From Bdellovibrionales bacterium (GTDB lineage Bacteria; Bdellovibrionota; Bdellovibrionia; Bdellovibrionales; UBA1609), in the NCBI GenBank assembly GCA_965261545.1, contig CBDHDF010000010.1, forward strand, positions 800,001 through 864,000: a stretch of DNA of 64,000 nucleotides. The letters run 5' to 3'. Numbering within the stretch: the stretch's first letter is position 1; each line of letters begins with the position of its first letter. Position numbers and translations under genes: made by a program. The notes beneath the pieces are model-generated. The model was not told the DNA's origin, did no database searches, and was given only the letters and a program-made list of their open reading frames with translations. Shown one piece after another: positions 52,355 through 62,970 of the stretch.

Positions 52355-53771
52355 CAATGCCGTTTCCTTAAGAAAAATCTCTTGAAATCATTAGATAAAT
52401 CGACAAGAATAAGACTTGTTTTATTTTACACCCAACCCTCAACCAAGGAGTAAGTCACATGCAATCCAATATTGATCTCGAAAGCCCCCAAATGACGAGT
52501 TCGCGTCACAGATGACCATTTTATTCTACCAAAACTTGATTCTTCCTTCAAGCCAGAGCACCTTGTCGATCCAGAAAAACAAAAAAGGAATCGAAAATTT
52601 AATCCTCAAATTTTCTTTTTTACCATTATCTATCTTATTTCCGGAACAAATTACGAAGGCTACCAAATCGCTCTTAAGACGGTATGGACTCATTTTGGTG
52701 ACCTGCTTCTCATGCCAGTCAAAAGCAGTCTCAGCAAGATACGTCAAAGTATTTCTTACCTATTTTTCAAAGATATCTTTGAATCTCTGATTACAGACTA
52801 CGAACCATTGAGAAAAACGTTTCATGGTTTTTATATCTATGCCATAGATGGCGACCAATTAGCACTTCCTCGCTCTAAAGATCTTTTAAAGGAGGGTTAT
52901 TGTGGGTACCCTTGCCCAAATGAGATGGAAACTCATTTCTTACGTATGTATCTATCTCATGCTTATGACGTTTTATCGGGTGTGACAAAGAATCTTTGCT
53001 ATTCTCCCGCTCTCAACGAAATCGCCAATGCTATTCAAATGATAGGTAGTTTTGAGAGTAATAGCATAACTCTCTACGATAGGCTTTATTTATCTACAGA
53101 GATTATTAAGGCCCATGCTCAAGCCAGTAACTTCTTTATTGCGCGTTGTAAGCGAGGCTCTACTTTTATCCCCATTGTAAATTTATTTAATGGCCCAGGT
53201 TGGTATTCACGAATGGTTATTGAGGGGGTGGTCATTCATCTCTATAAGTATAAAAACCCAAAGACTGGGGAGTTCTCTGTTTTGGCCACTAATCTTCCGC
53301 ATGGCTCCTTGGACAAGAAGGATATGGTTGCTCTTTACTCTCGTCGTTGGGAAATAGAAACGACATTTCGTGATTTTACATCGACAATGAAAATGGAGCA
53401 GTGGCACTCAACAAGCCTTAATGGAATATTGCAAGAGCTGTATTCTTATTTTTGGCTCTTCAATTATACAAAGATTCAAATGAGCATAAATGAGGATGAA
53501 GACAGTGTGAATCAGTTGGTAAAAAATGACTACAAAAAACCTAACTTTAAACTGATTCTTGATTTCATAATGGATAGCATCCCTCTTTTTGTTGCGGGGC
53601 TCTATCAGAAATTTAGGAAGCAGATAAAGTTGCTGATGAAGATTTCAATGGAGAAGAGGAGGCACTTCAAAAGAAGCTATGAAAGGTCTATCAAAAGCGC
53701 TGGGAGTTCTTTTAAAAGAAATAGCTTAACGCAGAGGCAGAGGGGTGTGGTGGCTTAAGGAAACGGCATTG
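52355..53771 (+). mobile_element. IS4-A copy 6 (no TSD)
   Basis: Both IRs present. Confidence 0.95.
52712..53758 (+). CDS. IS4-family transposase
   Basis: Same protein as 3770-4816. Confidence 0.9.
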   Translation: MPVKSSLSKIRQSISYLFFKDIFESLITDYEPLRKTFHGFYIYAIDGDQLALPRSKDLLKEGYCGYPCPNEMETHFLRMYLSHAYDVLSGVTKNLCYSPALNEIANAIQMIGSFESNSITLYDRLYLSTEIIKAHAQASNFFIARCKRGSTFIPIVNLFNGPGWYSRMVIEGVVIHLYKYKNPKTGEFSVLATNLPHGSLDKKDMVALYSRRWEIETTFRDFTSTMKMEQWHSTSLNGILQELYSYFWLFNYTKIQMSINEDEDSVNQLVKNDYKKPNFKLILDFIMDSIPLFVAGLYQKFRKQIKLLMKISMEKRRHFKRSYERSIKSAGSSFKRNSLTQRQRGVVA

Positions 53772-54414
53772 CTGCCAGCACCTCATCATCAATAATTTCT
53801 GACCAATGCGTTATTGGCAGTTGAGTGGTAATAACGGTGGACCTATCGGAACGAAACTTTAAAATATCGCAGAAGTCTGTGGATTCACTTTGGGAGAACT
53901 TCCTTAATCCAAAGTCATCAAAAATTAACACTTGGGGGCGGCCCAGACGACGCAAGTAGTTCAAATACCTTCCTGAGTGCCTTTCCAGGGCCAAGGTTTC
54001 TAGAAATATGTTGATGTCTATAAACAGTGTGGAGATTCTGGATTGACAACACTGGTGTCCCAGGCTCTGGGCCAAGAAGGTTTTACCCACCCCCGTTGGC
54101 CCTTCGACAATGATAGACCTTTGCTCCTTAACCCATGATAAAGTTTGAAGCCTATCCACCTCTCTTTTACTAATAGACCTTTTGGCATGGTGGTCAAATG
54201 CCTCACCTCTGACCTTGTGAGGCAGCTTTGAGGTCTTGAGAAGTCTTTGGCTGAATTGGATTTTCCGAGCCTCCACTTCTGCAAATAACAGCTCGTTCAA
54301 TAGATCCAATGCTTGAGTCTTGTGGCTTGTGTTATCCAGCGCCACTTCAAGGCTGTCTAACATTCCATAGAGCTTCAACTCATGCATGTGGTTTTTGATT
54401 TGTACTTCATCCAT
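53772..54414 (-). pseudogene. istB: IstB, C-terminally truncated
   Basis: GPTGVGKT, IFDDFG, TTQLP; ends in the IS4-A IR. Confidence 0.9.
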
Positions 54415-55930
54415 CTGGCACCTCCTTGGGGCTTTGGTTATTTGGATTTTCGTTATGTCGCAAATAAGGGTTGCCTTGTTTACGATCTATTTTCTCGTTC
54501 ACCTTTTTTATTTTTTGCCCTTTATAGAAATGGAGTTGTTGCTGAAAATATCTAACCCTCCTTTTCTCCCACTGCTTGCAGTCCTCAAGGGCTTTGATAA
54601 TGAGAGGAAGGGACTTTTCCTTGCCCTCTTTCTGGATTTCTTTGTGACAGGAGCTTACAAAGCCCATAGCTCTTCTGAGATTTTCAATGGTCCCACCCTG
54701 AAAAAGCTCCTCAATGAAGTTTTCAAGCTCTTTACAAATCATACTTGCTTGAATAAGAATGTTCTGGGGAGTGGCCTCCTTGTAGGCGCGACTGGGCTCC
54801 GGGAGGTGTTCGTTTTTGGTGATGTACTCTCCGAGTTTACCTTTGGTCCTCTTGTGGCGAGCGAGGAGCTGTTTTTGAAAGTAAATCTCCACACTCTCCA
54901 CTCCAATTTTTACATCTACATACTCCCCTCGGTGCTGAAACGGAGCCGAGTAGAAGTTGGATTCAACGCTCACATGACAGTCTTGGTGGAGTTTTTTCTT
55001 CTCCCAACGTCCCCACCGGTAGGGAAAAGAAGGCAAGGGTTTTAAAGTTTTTACCTCTCGTTGAAATTTTTCATTGCGAGAGACCTTAAATCTTGTCTGA
55101 GGGCGAGCATTTATCTTCTCGCACACCTCCCTTAAAGCCTTATTAATTTGATCCAGACTGGTGAAGGTCTCTCGTCTGTACATAAACCTGAGGGCCCTTG
55201 TAACGAGCTTCACGGCATTCTCAGTAAGGCTTTTATCCTGGGGACGACGAACTCGAGCGGGAACAGCCACCGTGTCATAGTGTTCCAAAAGCTCTTGGTA
55301 GGATTTATTCAACTCTGGATCATACAAATGGGGTGTGTTCACTCCAGTCTTTAAATTATCAGGAACAACCACTCTCGGAACCCCACCGTAATATTCAAAC
55401 ATCAGAACGTGAGCGTGAAGAAAATCTTCACTAGATTCGCTCAAAGAGCCATAAGCAAAAATACGCTGAGAGAAACATAGATTTGAGCAAAATATATGGG
55501 CCTTATGAATATTAAGGTCTTCATCGATCCACTCTGGCTGAAATCCTGCGTAATCAACCTCAACTTGGTGGCCTGGCTGAAAATCACGCAAGGTAATAAT
55601 CCTTTTGCCAGCTTTTGGAAATTGCTTATGAAACTCCCTCGTAAACTGGGGGTAGCTAATGACCTTCAGAAATTTTTCCTCCCAAACGTCACTTAAACAA
55701 TGCCTATCCTCAATCTCCTTCTCAATAATCTTCCAATCTATACCGTAAGACCAAGGGGGAATTTCTCTTTGGGTCTTCCAATCCTTGGGGTCTGTTAAAA
55801 GACCACGTCTTATCTTTCTAAGAGTCTTGGTGCAGCATTTCATGCGGCGACTGATTTCTCGGTCGGGAATATTTGCCTTTATTAATGATTTTATTTTTGT
55901 GTAACGCTCATGATCCATCTTTGTTCTCAT
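54407..55930 (-). CDS. istA: IS21 transposase IstA
   Basis: PGHQVEVDYAG, GGVP, PDNLKT, PQDKSLTE, FYSAP; AAGGAGGT SD before ATG 55930. Confidence 0.93.
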   Translation of the reverse strand: MRTKMDHERYTKIKSLIKANIPDREISRRMKCCTKTLRKIRRGLLTDPKDWKTQREIPPWSYGIDWKIIEKEIEDRHCLSDVWEEKFLKVISYPQFTREFHKQFPKAGKRIITLRDFQPGHQVEVDYAGFQPEWIDEDLNIHKAHIFCSNLCFSQRIFAYGSLSESSEDFLHAHVLMFEYYGGVPRVVVPDNLKTGVNTPHLYDPELNKSYQELLEHYDTVAVPARVRRPQDKSLTENAVKLVTRALRFMYRRETFTSLDQINKALREVCEKINARPQTRFKVSRNEKFQREVKTLKPLPSFPYRWGRWEKKKLHQDCHVSVESNFYSAPFQHRGEYVDVKIGVESVEIYFQKQLLARHKRTKGKLGEYITKNEHLPEPSRAYKEATPQNILIQASMICKELENFIEELFQGGTIENLRRAMGFVSSCHKEIQKEGKEKSLPLIIKALEDCKQWEKRRVRYFQQQLHFYKGQKIKKVNEKIDRKQGNPYLRHNENPNNQSPKEVPDG

Positions 55931-56011
55931 TTCGACCTCCTTGGTTAAAGATTGGAGGTCTTTATAGAACATCAATGACGCTATGCTAAGGGGAATCAGT
56001 CATGCCAATCA

Positions 56012-56199
56012 GTGCGGGCAATGCCATGCAACTGGTGCGGGCAATGCCATGCAACTGGTGCGGGCAATGCCATGCAACTGGTGCGGGCAATGCCATGCAA
56101 CTGGTGAGGGTAATGCCATGCAACTGGTGAGGGTAATGCCATGCAACTGGTGAGGGTAATGTCATGCAATCGGTGAGGGCAATGCCATGCAATTTTACA
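56012..56199. repeat. Eight tandem 23-bp subterminal repeats of IS21-C
   Basis: GTG(C/A)GGG(C/T)AATGCCATGCAACTG x8 with no spacers. Confidence 0.92.
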
Positions 56200-56549
56200 C
56201 CATGGGGCTTGGTAGGGCCCATGCGACCCCTTTGAGCGGCTGTTAGGGCCTCCGGGACTATCCTTCACATACTTCTTCACAGTGTTCCGACTAACACCCA
56301 TAGCTCGAGCTATTTGTCTCGAACTGAGTCCAAGCTCTATGTATTTCTTAATATTGTTGATCATTCTTGCTCCTTTTTTCTTACCTTGTTTGCCCATAGA
56401 CACCTCCTCGTTAATGCGTAGCGCAGAAAGAATATCTATGAAGATCTAAGTGGGTCAATGTTTGGTGAAATTCAGTGGGTCAAACTTCGTGAAATTGGGT
56501 GGGTCAAACCAGGTGAAATTGGGTGGGTCAAACTAGGTGAAATTTTGCA
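56200..56549 (-). mobile_element. IS21-B 5' fragment with intact left end
   Basis: Matches 10640-10859; four GTGGGTCAA...GTGAAATT repeats; TGCA end. Confidence 0.92.
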
Positions 56550-56640
56550 GAATTCAGGTTTTACAGGAAATGATAAGGTGTTAGCTCCACCATTTGATGC
56601 CATTAAATTGGATTTAGGAGTATTGTGGGATCACGATTAA
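56550..56640 (+). pseudogene. Probable Uma2-family endonuclease C-terminal remnant
   Basis: FTGNDKVLAPPFDAIKLDLGVLW resembles Uma2 C-termini. Confidence 0.55.
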
Positions 56641-56795
56641 AGCATTGAAATGTGTCCTTGTATCTTCGACGAAGCCTTCTCAAGCACAGCCTATGAATCC
56701 CTTGGACAGCCTTTTTTATCCTTGTCCAGGGAAGTATTTTGTGGCCGATAAAAGCTTACTCCTCCCTCCCTCCCTCCCCAAGGAAACGGTATTCA

Positions 56796-59717
56796 CTATT
56801 CCCTAAATATATAGCCTAAGTGTATTTTTGTACCTTGTTTAATTTGGGTTCCGTTGCAAATATTTCCAGTTCCAGTAAGAAATGCTTTCTTCGCTTCGTT
56901 ATAGCAGCGGTAGAGTGCTATTAACACTTGAGTCTTCGTCGTGTGGGGTGGATATATATACCCTAAGGTTCGAATCTTGTACTCATTTAGTTTGTCACAA
57001 AGAGAAGTACGATTGTGCGCTCTATTAATATGCTGAGTAGACTGACTGCCTTTAATAACACAATCAGCTAAAGGTATGCTTCCATCTTTCTTCTCAGTCA
57101 GAATGTAACCGATATTATTTACAAACCGATAACCTGATGATGCTGATGGAACAGTTGTTGTTGTCCAGCTATCCCCATTTTTTTCATAACGAGATAAAGC
57201 AAGCTTAACTGTAGGTTCATGAATTGAATTTCTACGGACCTGACGTATCTCCCTATAAACAAAGATTCTTTTGTGCTTGCTGTCTCTAGGTCTCTGATAA
57301 GTGTAATACAGGAAGAATATGTCCTCATACCGGTTGCCACCTTTTGGGGAGACAAGACTAAAACTTCGGAAATTTTCAAAACGATTTGTATCTTCTCTTA
57401 TATTTGGATCCTTCGGAACAAGTGGTGCGTTAAGAAGTTTAAAATTGATTCCATCATCACTTGTTGATAAAAGAATTCCATTTCCTTGCAATGACTTATA
57501 GAGAGGAGTACCCACCAATATAAATCGGTCATTTTTGACATCATAACCAGGATAAATTCCATGTTTTTTGGCTCCGTAATCCGAAAATTGATTTTGGATA
57601 CCATTATCATTTATGTTCCTCCAGGAACCATTAAGCCACTTTTTCCAGTGAATGCGATTTTTTGCTCTATCATCATTTGGCGCCCGCAAAACAGTTCGAG
57701 TTCTAGGTCGAAAGGACATATAAGCCCAAAGCCAGCCCCTAGCATTAACGAGAGACACCTGTTCCAATCCCCTAAATTTTCTCGGTTCAGGAGGAAATGA
57801 AGACTGCGGAAAGAAAGGCCAATTGGATATGAATTGGAATGTTTGACCATTGTCCTGTGATTCAACATAAGCTACACTTGAGTATGTCTGAAAATTAGAC
57901 TTGTAACAGCAATTTGTTTCCACATGGGCCCAACCCCTTATATAATCACGATATTTTTCTGTGTACCGTAGCCAAGTCCCACAATCTCTTGATCGAATTC
58001 GCCAATCTGTTGCCTGAGCATTATTCTCAAGGCAATAAAATTGACTTCCCACCAGTTTCTCTCCAATAACCTTCTTGTCTATACTTTGCAATGCCATATT
58101 CTGAAGGGAGTTGCCTTCCAATAAATATGTAGTGGCATTTGCAACATAGCCCCTAAAAAGGTCTCTATTTATTTTTACAACATTAAATGCTCCCTCAAAA
58201 TGGTGGCTCAGCCCCACAACATCTTTTGGGATAAGAATATGGGGTCTACCCACATAATAAGTAAAAGTGTCCACCATAATCGACCATGAAACTGTTTTAA
58301 ATGAAAAATTTCCGGCTCTATCCTGAGCACGAATTGAAAAACGATGTTCTCCTTCAGGCAAGTTGATGTAACTCTTTAGTCCCTGACAGGTTTCAAAGGC
58401 TCCCCCGTCAAGACGACACTCTGTCCCCCGTACACCACTTTGACTGTCCTGGGCAGTGAAATGAAAAAAAGCATTTCTGCTCTTTGTGAAATTTTTCGGA
58501 TGGGAAGTGATTCTGACCGTGGGGACAATCCGATCTATAATCCAAGTGTAGGTGATAGGTAATGATGTATTATTTGCTGAATCAAAACCAACTACGGAAA
58601 AACTGTGTTGACCACTGGAGAGACCGGTCAAGGTATGGGGATTTCTACAAGTCTGTTTGGCTCCCCCATTAAGCTGACATTCATAGGAAACAACGCCCTG
58701 ATTGTTGTTGATCCCTGAAAATTGAAAAGTAACTGTTTGCTCTTTGCTAATCGCTTGGGGCTTTTTGGTAAACTGGATAGTGGGGATTTTGGTATCCTGA
58801 CTCCAAGAATGAAAACCGGACTTGGAAGTCAGACCCACATTGTCCACGGCCCTAACTTCCAGACGGTGAGAACCATCAGAAAGATTGTTCAAACTGAACT
58901 GAGACTGACAAGGTAAAAACTGAGTTTGGGAATCCAGACGACACTCAAGACGGGCCACCCCTGATCCTTTGTCAATGGAAATAAAATTAAAATCTGGGGT
59001 GATGTCTGCCGTGATCGAAGAGGGAACAACACTCATGATCAAAAGGGGGGAAGTTTGATCCAATCCCCAATGAATCCACTTGGGGTCGGAATGGTTTCCT
59101 GCCTTATCTTTGGCTTTCAACACAAGCCCATAAGTCTGATTTTCCTTTAGGGAGTCATAAATCACTTCAAAACCACAGGTTTCAAACAGACCATGCCCAT
59201 GTTTGTCGCATTCAACGAATTGCACGCCACTGCCTGAGTCCTCAACATTAATACCAATACGCAGGTTTGTTTCCTTAATCCAGATATTTGGTTGGTTTTC
59301 AAATTGGACTGTCGGTGGAATATTATCGTGGATAATACTGTCACTCATACAGGAGCTTTCATTTTCTCTCTGGGATCTGTATTTGACGGAAATGGTGTTC
59401 ACTTGGTTGGATAACCTAAGTTCAATGGGCTTGTTGGTTTTTAGGTCCTCCCAATATCCCTGGGAACAATGAGGATCAAAACTGATGAACATCTCATGTG
59501 CTCTGGAGTTCGGGGGCTTAAGTGTGAGGTCCACACTCAGGTCTGCTGTGTATTCCTCATTATCGTTGATTAAAACACCCAGATTATTTGTTGTAACGGA
59601 AAGATTATCCATCACTTGAAAGGAGTCACGGGGAATCTCGCAGTTGCTATAACTTATAGCCAACATAATAATAATAATAATAATAATAACGTAACTTGCT
59701 GTGTAATTACTTTTCAT
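56796..59717 (-). CDS. Large secreted/lipoprotein with ~4 Ig-like repeats and a C-terminal Asp-box domain
   Basis: YSNC lipobox; repeats of F.F...D..SGV...ECRLD...C...L..G.H.F.V.A.D..G; SQDNGQTF and SDDGINF Asp-box-like motifs. Confidence 0.8.
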   Translation of the reverse strand: MKSNYTASYVIIIIIIIMLAISYSNCEIPRDSFQVMDNLSVTTNNLGVLINDNEEYTADLSVDLTLKPPNSRAHEMFISFDPHCSQGYWEDLKTNKPIELRLSNQVNTISVKYRSQRENESSCMSDSIIHDNIPPTVQFENQPNIWIKETNLRIGINVEDSGSGVQFVECDKHGHGLFETCGFEVIYDSLKENQTYGLVLKAKDKAGNHSDPKWIHWGLDQTSPLLIMSVVPSSITADITPDFNFISIDKGSGVARLECRLDSQTQFLPCQSQFSLNNLSDGSHRLEVRAVDNVGLTSKSGFHSWSQDTKIPTIQFTKKPQAISKEQTVTFQFSGINNNQGVVSYECQLNGGAKQTCRNPHTLTGLSSGQHSFSVVGFDSANNTSLPITYTWIIDRIVPTVRITSHPKNFTKSRNAFFHFTAQDSQSGVRGTECRLDGGAFETCQGLKSYINLPEGEHRFSIRAQDRAGNFSFKTVSWSIMVDTFTYYVGRPHILIPKDVVGLSHHFEGAFNVVKINRDLFRGYVANATTYLLEGNSLQNMALQSIDKKVIGEKLVGSQFYCLENNAQATDWRIRSRDCGTWLRYTEKYRDYIRGWAHVETNCCYKSNFQTYSSVAYVESQDNGQTFQFISNWPFFPQSSFPPEPRKFRGLEQVSLVNARGWLWAYMSFRPRTRTVLRAPNDDRAKNRIHWKKWLNGSWRNINDNGIQNQFSDYGAKKHGIYPGYDVKNDRFILVGTPLYKSLQGNGILLSTSDDGINFKLLNAPLVPKDPNIREDTNRFENFRSFSLVSPKGGNRYEDIFFLYYTYQRPRDSKHKRIFVYREIRQVRRNSIHEPTVKLALSRYEKNGDSWTTTTVPSASSGYRFVNNIGYILTEKKDGSIPLADCVIKGSQSTQHINRAHNRTSLCDKLNEYKIRTLGYIYPPHTTKTQVLIALYRCYNEAKKAFLTGTGNICNGTQIKQGTKIHLGYIFRE

Positions 59718-59746
59718 AAATGCGTCCTACAGAAGGGAACCGTGCC

Positions 59747-60352
59747 TCAGTTGATTTTAGAAAAACTAAATTCGGGAGCCCGTGTAGAGCATTCAGTATT
59801 ACTATTATTTTCGTCAATGATATTCTCTCTGGGAACTATAAATTTTCCCACAGTTGTGTCTGTAACACTTAAAGCATTTCCTAAAGGAAAATACCATGAC
59901 TCAGGTCGGTCTCCCGTTGTTAGAAGTAAAACTATTTTCTCCTCACTATTGCTACAGGTGACCGGAGTTCCATCTATAAATGTCATATTTGCTGCGGCAT
60001 TTGCGGGACAAATATCATTAGAGTACTCATAGTCCGAACCGTCACTGCAACCGGCTCCACTGTGTGCTGTTTGGAATTTAATGTGATCAGACATCTCTAT
60101 AGCAACACAGGGATATGTGCCCACGGGAATTCTACCAGACCCCAGGTTGACAGGCCCACTGTCACTCACAAGGTTGACTTCGCTTGCCGTGTCCCCATTA
60201 TCGATAACTGTGGTTAAGCTAGAACAATCATCACTTGTGCTTACCGCAAATTTATAAAGTTTTATTTTTAATTCAGTGGCATCTGCAGCCAATACTGAAG
60301 AAGTGTTGAAAAAAAAGACGGACACAATCAATAATAAAGACAAGTATTTCAT
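59747..60352 (-). CDS. Secreted Cys-containing hypothetical protein
   Basis: Signal peptide MKYLSLLLIVSVFFFNTSSVLA; GGAGG SD. Confidence 0.78.
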   Translation of the reverse strand: MKYLSLLLIVSVFFFNTSSVLAADATELKIKLYKFAVSTSDDCSSLTTVIDNGDTASEVNLVSDSGPVNLGSGRIPVGTYPCVAIEMSDHIKFQTAHSGAGCSDGSDYEYSNDICPANAAANMTFIDGTPVTCSNSEEKIVLLLTTGDRPESWYFPLGNALSVTDTTVGKFIVPRENIIDENNSNTECSTRAPEFSFSKIN

Positions 60353-60566
60353 ATTAAACCTCCATAGCTCCATAAATAAGCACATTGTTTTTTTCTATAT
60401 CTTTTAGTCAAGATGACCTTTAAAGAAATAATATCCAGAATATATATCAACAAAAAAATTCATGTAATTCAAATAAATCAAAATGAAAAAGGTTATTTCT
60501 GGACTTATAGCATATATTCACTAAAACTCTGAATTCAATCTAAATTCCAATCTGAATCCCAATGGG

Positions 60567-61955
60567 TTATTTTTTAGATTTGTAATCAAAAAGGCCATGC
60601 TTTTTAATGAGTTCGCAAATTTGTTGAGGAACCTTTTGCTCCCAGTTGGGGTCTTGGGCTGCAATCATCCCTTGAATATCTTCACATTGAAGAGATAGGC
60701 TCTCTCCACCATAACGAATGGGGATCCTCTTAATAAGATCACTGGAAGTAAGATATTTATAAAGAGACATGAGTCGTAAGTCGAGTTTCCATGTATCAGA
60801 AAGGGCCAACTGAGAGGGATTTTGAAAGACGTAGAGTTGAGTTTGGTCATCAAAAAGTTTTCCTAGACCGCTGAGAATACCTCCTTTAAGACTCTCATAA
60901 GAAGACTCATTGAAAATATCTACGATCTCAAAAGCTCCAAGGATGATAGCGAGCTTGTTGGCTGTATGATGACGCAAGTAATTCTTTAATTCATAGGGCA
61001 AATTAAAATTTGAAATAAGGGCATGGTGGCCGAGGGAGTTAATCATTTCGACTCTTCTCAAGTAATCATTGAAATCCCTTTTTTGATGATACATAGAGAT
61101 TTCTAAGATGATACCAAGATTCTTTTTAAAGCTGGGATCATCTTTGCAAAATTGCTCCCCCCCTTTTTCTATGAGTTCAAGTTGAATATTGGTCATGGGG
61201 TTAAATTGCCCCCTGTGTACGAGCAAAGGAACCTGGTAGAAAGTATCCGAAGGCTGCTCAATGGATCCGCTGGCACTAAAGAGTATGCCCTGGGCAACTC
61301 CTTGGACGAGAAGCTCTAAGTTGAGAAGGGGTGACTGGAGATGATCGAGTTGGGGAGCTTTGAGATCAATAATATCAATTTCCATCCTTTGAAGCCCAAT
61401 GTTTTTAATGAGCGATGTCACAAACTTTTTTTCGGAACTATGCCTATAAAAGGCACTAAAAAGTAAATTGACACCCAGTATGCCAAGCGCCTCATGTTGT
61501 TGAAGACGCTGAGGGTCTTTCATATTGACGTGGAGAATAACATCGTTAGGTGGACCTTCGGGAGTTATCTGAAAGCGTACCCCCATCCACCCATGGCAAA
61601 CCCTTTTGTTTTTGTAGCTGCTGGTGGCCACCGTGTTGGCGAAAACAAAAAAGAGTGAATTTTCGCCCCGGTTTTTATGAAGCCTTTGGGTGAGCAATTC
61701 ATACTCATGATCGAGCATTTTGGAGAGGCGAGCCGCACTTACATACCGATGTCCTTTTCCATAAATGGCATCACTGAAGGTCATGTCATAGGCTGACATT
61801 GTTTTGGCAATGGTGTTGGAGGCTAGGCCCACACGGAAAAAATGTCTTGCCACCTCCTGCCCTGCACCAATCTCTGCAAAAGTGCCATACCGCTTAGTAT
61901 CTTGGTTCACCGTAAGGGCTCTCTTTGTGGTGGTCATATTTTGGTCTTCATTCAT
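60567..61955 (-). CDS. Conserved protein, nucleotidyltransferase-like family (function uncertain)
   Basis: YGTFAEIGAGQEVAR.FF...TIAKTMSAYDM.FSDAIYG, HGWMGVRFQ, RGQFNP. Confidence 0.75.
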   Translation of the reverse strand: MNEDQNMTTTKRALTVNQDTKRYGTFAEIGAGQEVARHFFRVGLASNTIAKTMSAYDMTFSDAIYGKGHRYVSAARLSKMLDHEYELLTQRLHKNRGENSLFFVFANTVATSSYKNKRVCHGWMGVRFQITPEGPPNDVILHVNMKDPQRLQQHEALGILGVNLLFSAFYRHSSEKKFVTSLIKNIGLQRMEIDIIDLKAPQLDHLQSPLLNLELLVQGVAQGILFSASGSIEQPSDTFYQVPLLVHRGQFNPMTNIQLELIEKGGEQFCKDDPSFKKNLGIILEISMYHQKRDFNDYLRRVEMINSLGHHALISNFNLPYELKNYLRHHTANKLAIILGAFEIVDIFNESSYESLKGGILSGLGKLFDDQTQLYVFQNPSQLALSDTWKLDLRLMSLYKYLTSSDLIKRIPIRYGGESLSLQCEDIQGMIAAQDPNWEQKVPQQICELIKKHGLFDYKSKK

Positions 61956-62016
61956 GAGAAATATCTCCTCACGGGGCTCATCATTGATTGCTGAAAGCTG
62001 AAAGAATCCCGCCCAG

Positions 62017-62940
62017 TTATTGCTGGAAGTTGAAAGGATATTTAAAATCTATAATTGGCCCCTCAAAAGGTCTAAATCTTATGCCTTGAAAGATATTTGC
62101 AATACAAGTTTCCAATTTTTTATTTTGAACTTGGCTTTGCACAACTTTGACATTGGTGATGTGGCCTGTTGGGAGGATGCTAAATCCGATGAGAAGTTGA
62201 CCCTTGACGGCTTCGTTTTCCGCCATGCGACGAAGTAGACAGCCTTCAAACATAGGACGCTTTTCGCTCACAATTTTTTCAATGTATACATTGCTTAAAT
62301 TTTGGAGGTCCTGCTTGAGGGTGAGGGGAGGCGTGTTAGGGAGTGGGAGTAGTATCTTGGGAAGTGGAAGTGGTGCAGGAGGTGGTAGCGCAGGAGGTGG
62401 TGGCGCAGGAGGTGTTTGGGGAGGCTGCAGAGAAGGCAATGCCGAAGATGGTGTAAGAGGAGCGAGATTTTGTTCAGGAGTCAACTTTCTATTGTTGGAA
62501 AAAATGTAGACACTGTCAGAGGCTCCCCTCTTAAGGGTCTTGTAGCGACCTGTTTTAAGATAGATATACATGGGAGCTTGCATCTCCTTTTCATCCCATA
62601 GTTCCAGGATAATTTTGCTATTTTCATAGAACTCAATGGTGTATCCCGATAGAAATTGCAAAGTGAGTTGGGATTGACGGTCCACATGGATATGGTCGTA
62701 GTTAAATATGGCCTCTCCTTTTTTCAAAGGGACGCTTTTATTTTTCTGATACCTTCTGGCATGAGCCGTCCCCTTAAGGTTCTGAATGAAACCCACCTTG
62801 GGAGGGAGAGGCACAGGGGGCTGAATTAAGCTGCTTAACCACTGGGAAATGGGCTTCATGTAACAAGTAAGAAGAACGACTGCAATCAGAGTCGGTACTA
62901 AGTAGGCAAGATAGGTGAGGGTGGGGCGCATGGATATCAA
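62017..62940 (-). CDS. Membrane-anchored protein with Pro-rich linker and TonB-C/AgmX-PglI C-terminal domain
   Basis: N-terminal TM helix, FecR-like segment, poly-Pro, C..R...G.....F.I...G......V........LE.CI.......F......YPF.F. Confidence 0.78.
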   Translation of the reverse strand: MISMRPTLTYLAYLVPTLIAVVLLTCYMKPISQWLSSLIQPPVPLPPKVGFIQNLKGTAHARRYQKNKSVPLKKGEAIFNYDHIHVDRQSQLTLQFLSGYTIEFYENSKIILELWDEKEMQAPMYIYLKTGRYKTLKRGASDSVYIFSNNRKLTPEQNLAPLTPSSALPSLQPPQTPPAPPPPALPPPAPLPLPKILLPLPNTPPLTLKQDLQNLSNVYIEKIVSEKRPMFEGCLLRRMAENEAVKGQLLIGFSILPTGHITNVKVVQSQVQNKKLETCIANIFQGIRFRPFEGPIIDFKYPFNFQQ

Positions 62941-62970
62941 AGCCTTAGGATGCGACTTAAAGACTCATCA

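Larger units (their letters stand above)
53772..56199 (-). mobile_element. IS21-family element IS21-C (3'-truncated by IS4-A)
   Basis: Left end TGTAAAATTGCATGG; istAB. Confidence 0.92.

Noticed and set aside
56012..56549. Tandem 23-bp arrays (also 13438-13512) as CRISPR arrays or iterons
   Set aside because: No unique spacers and no cas or rep genes; they abut IS21 termini and fit transposase-binding repeats
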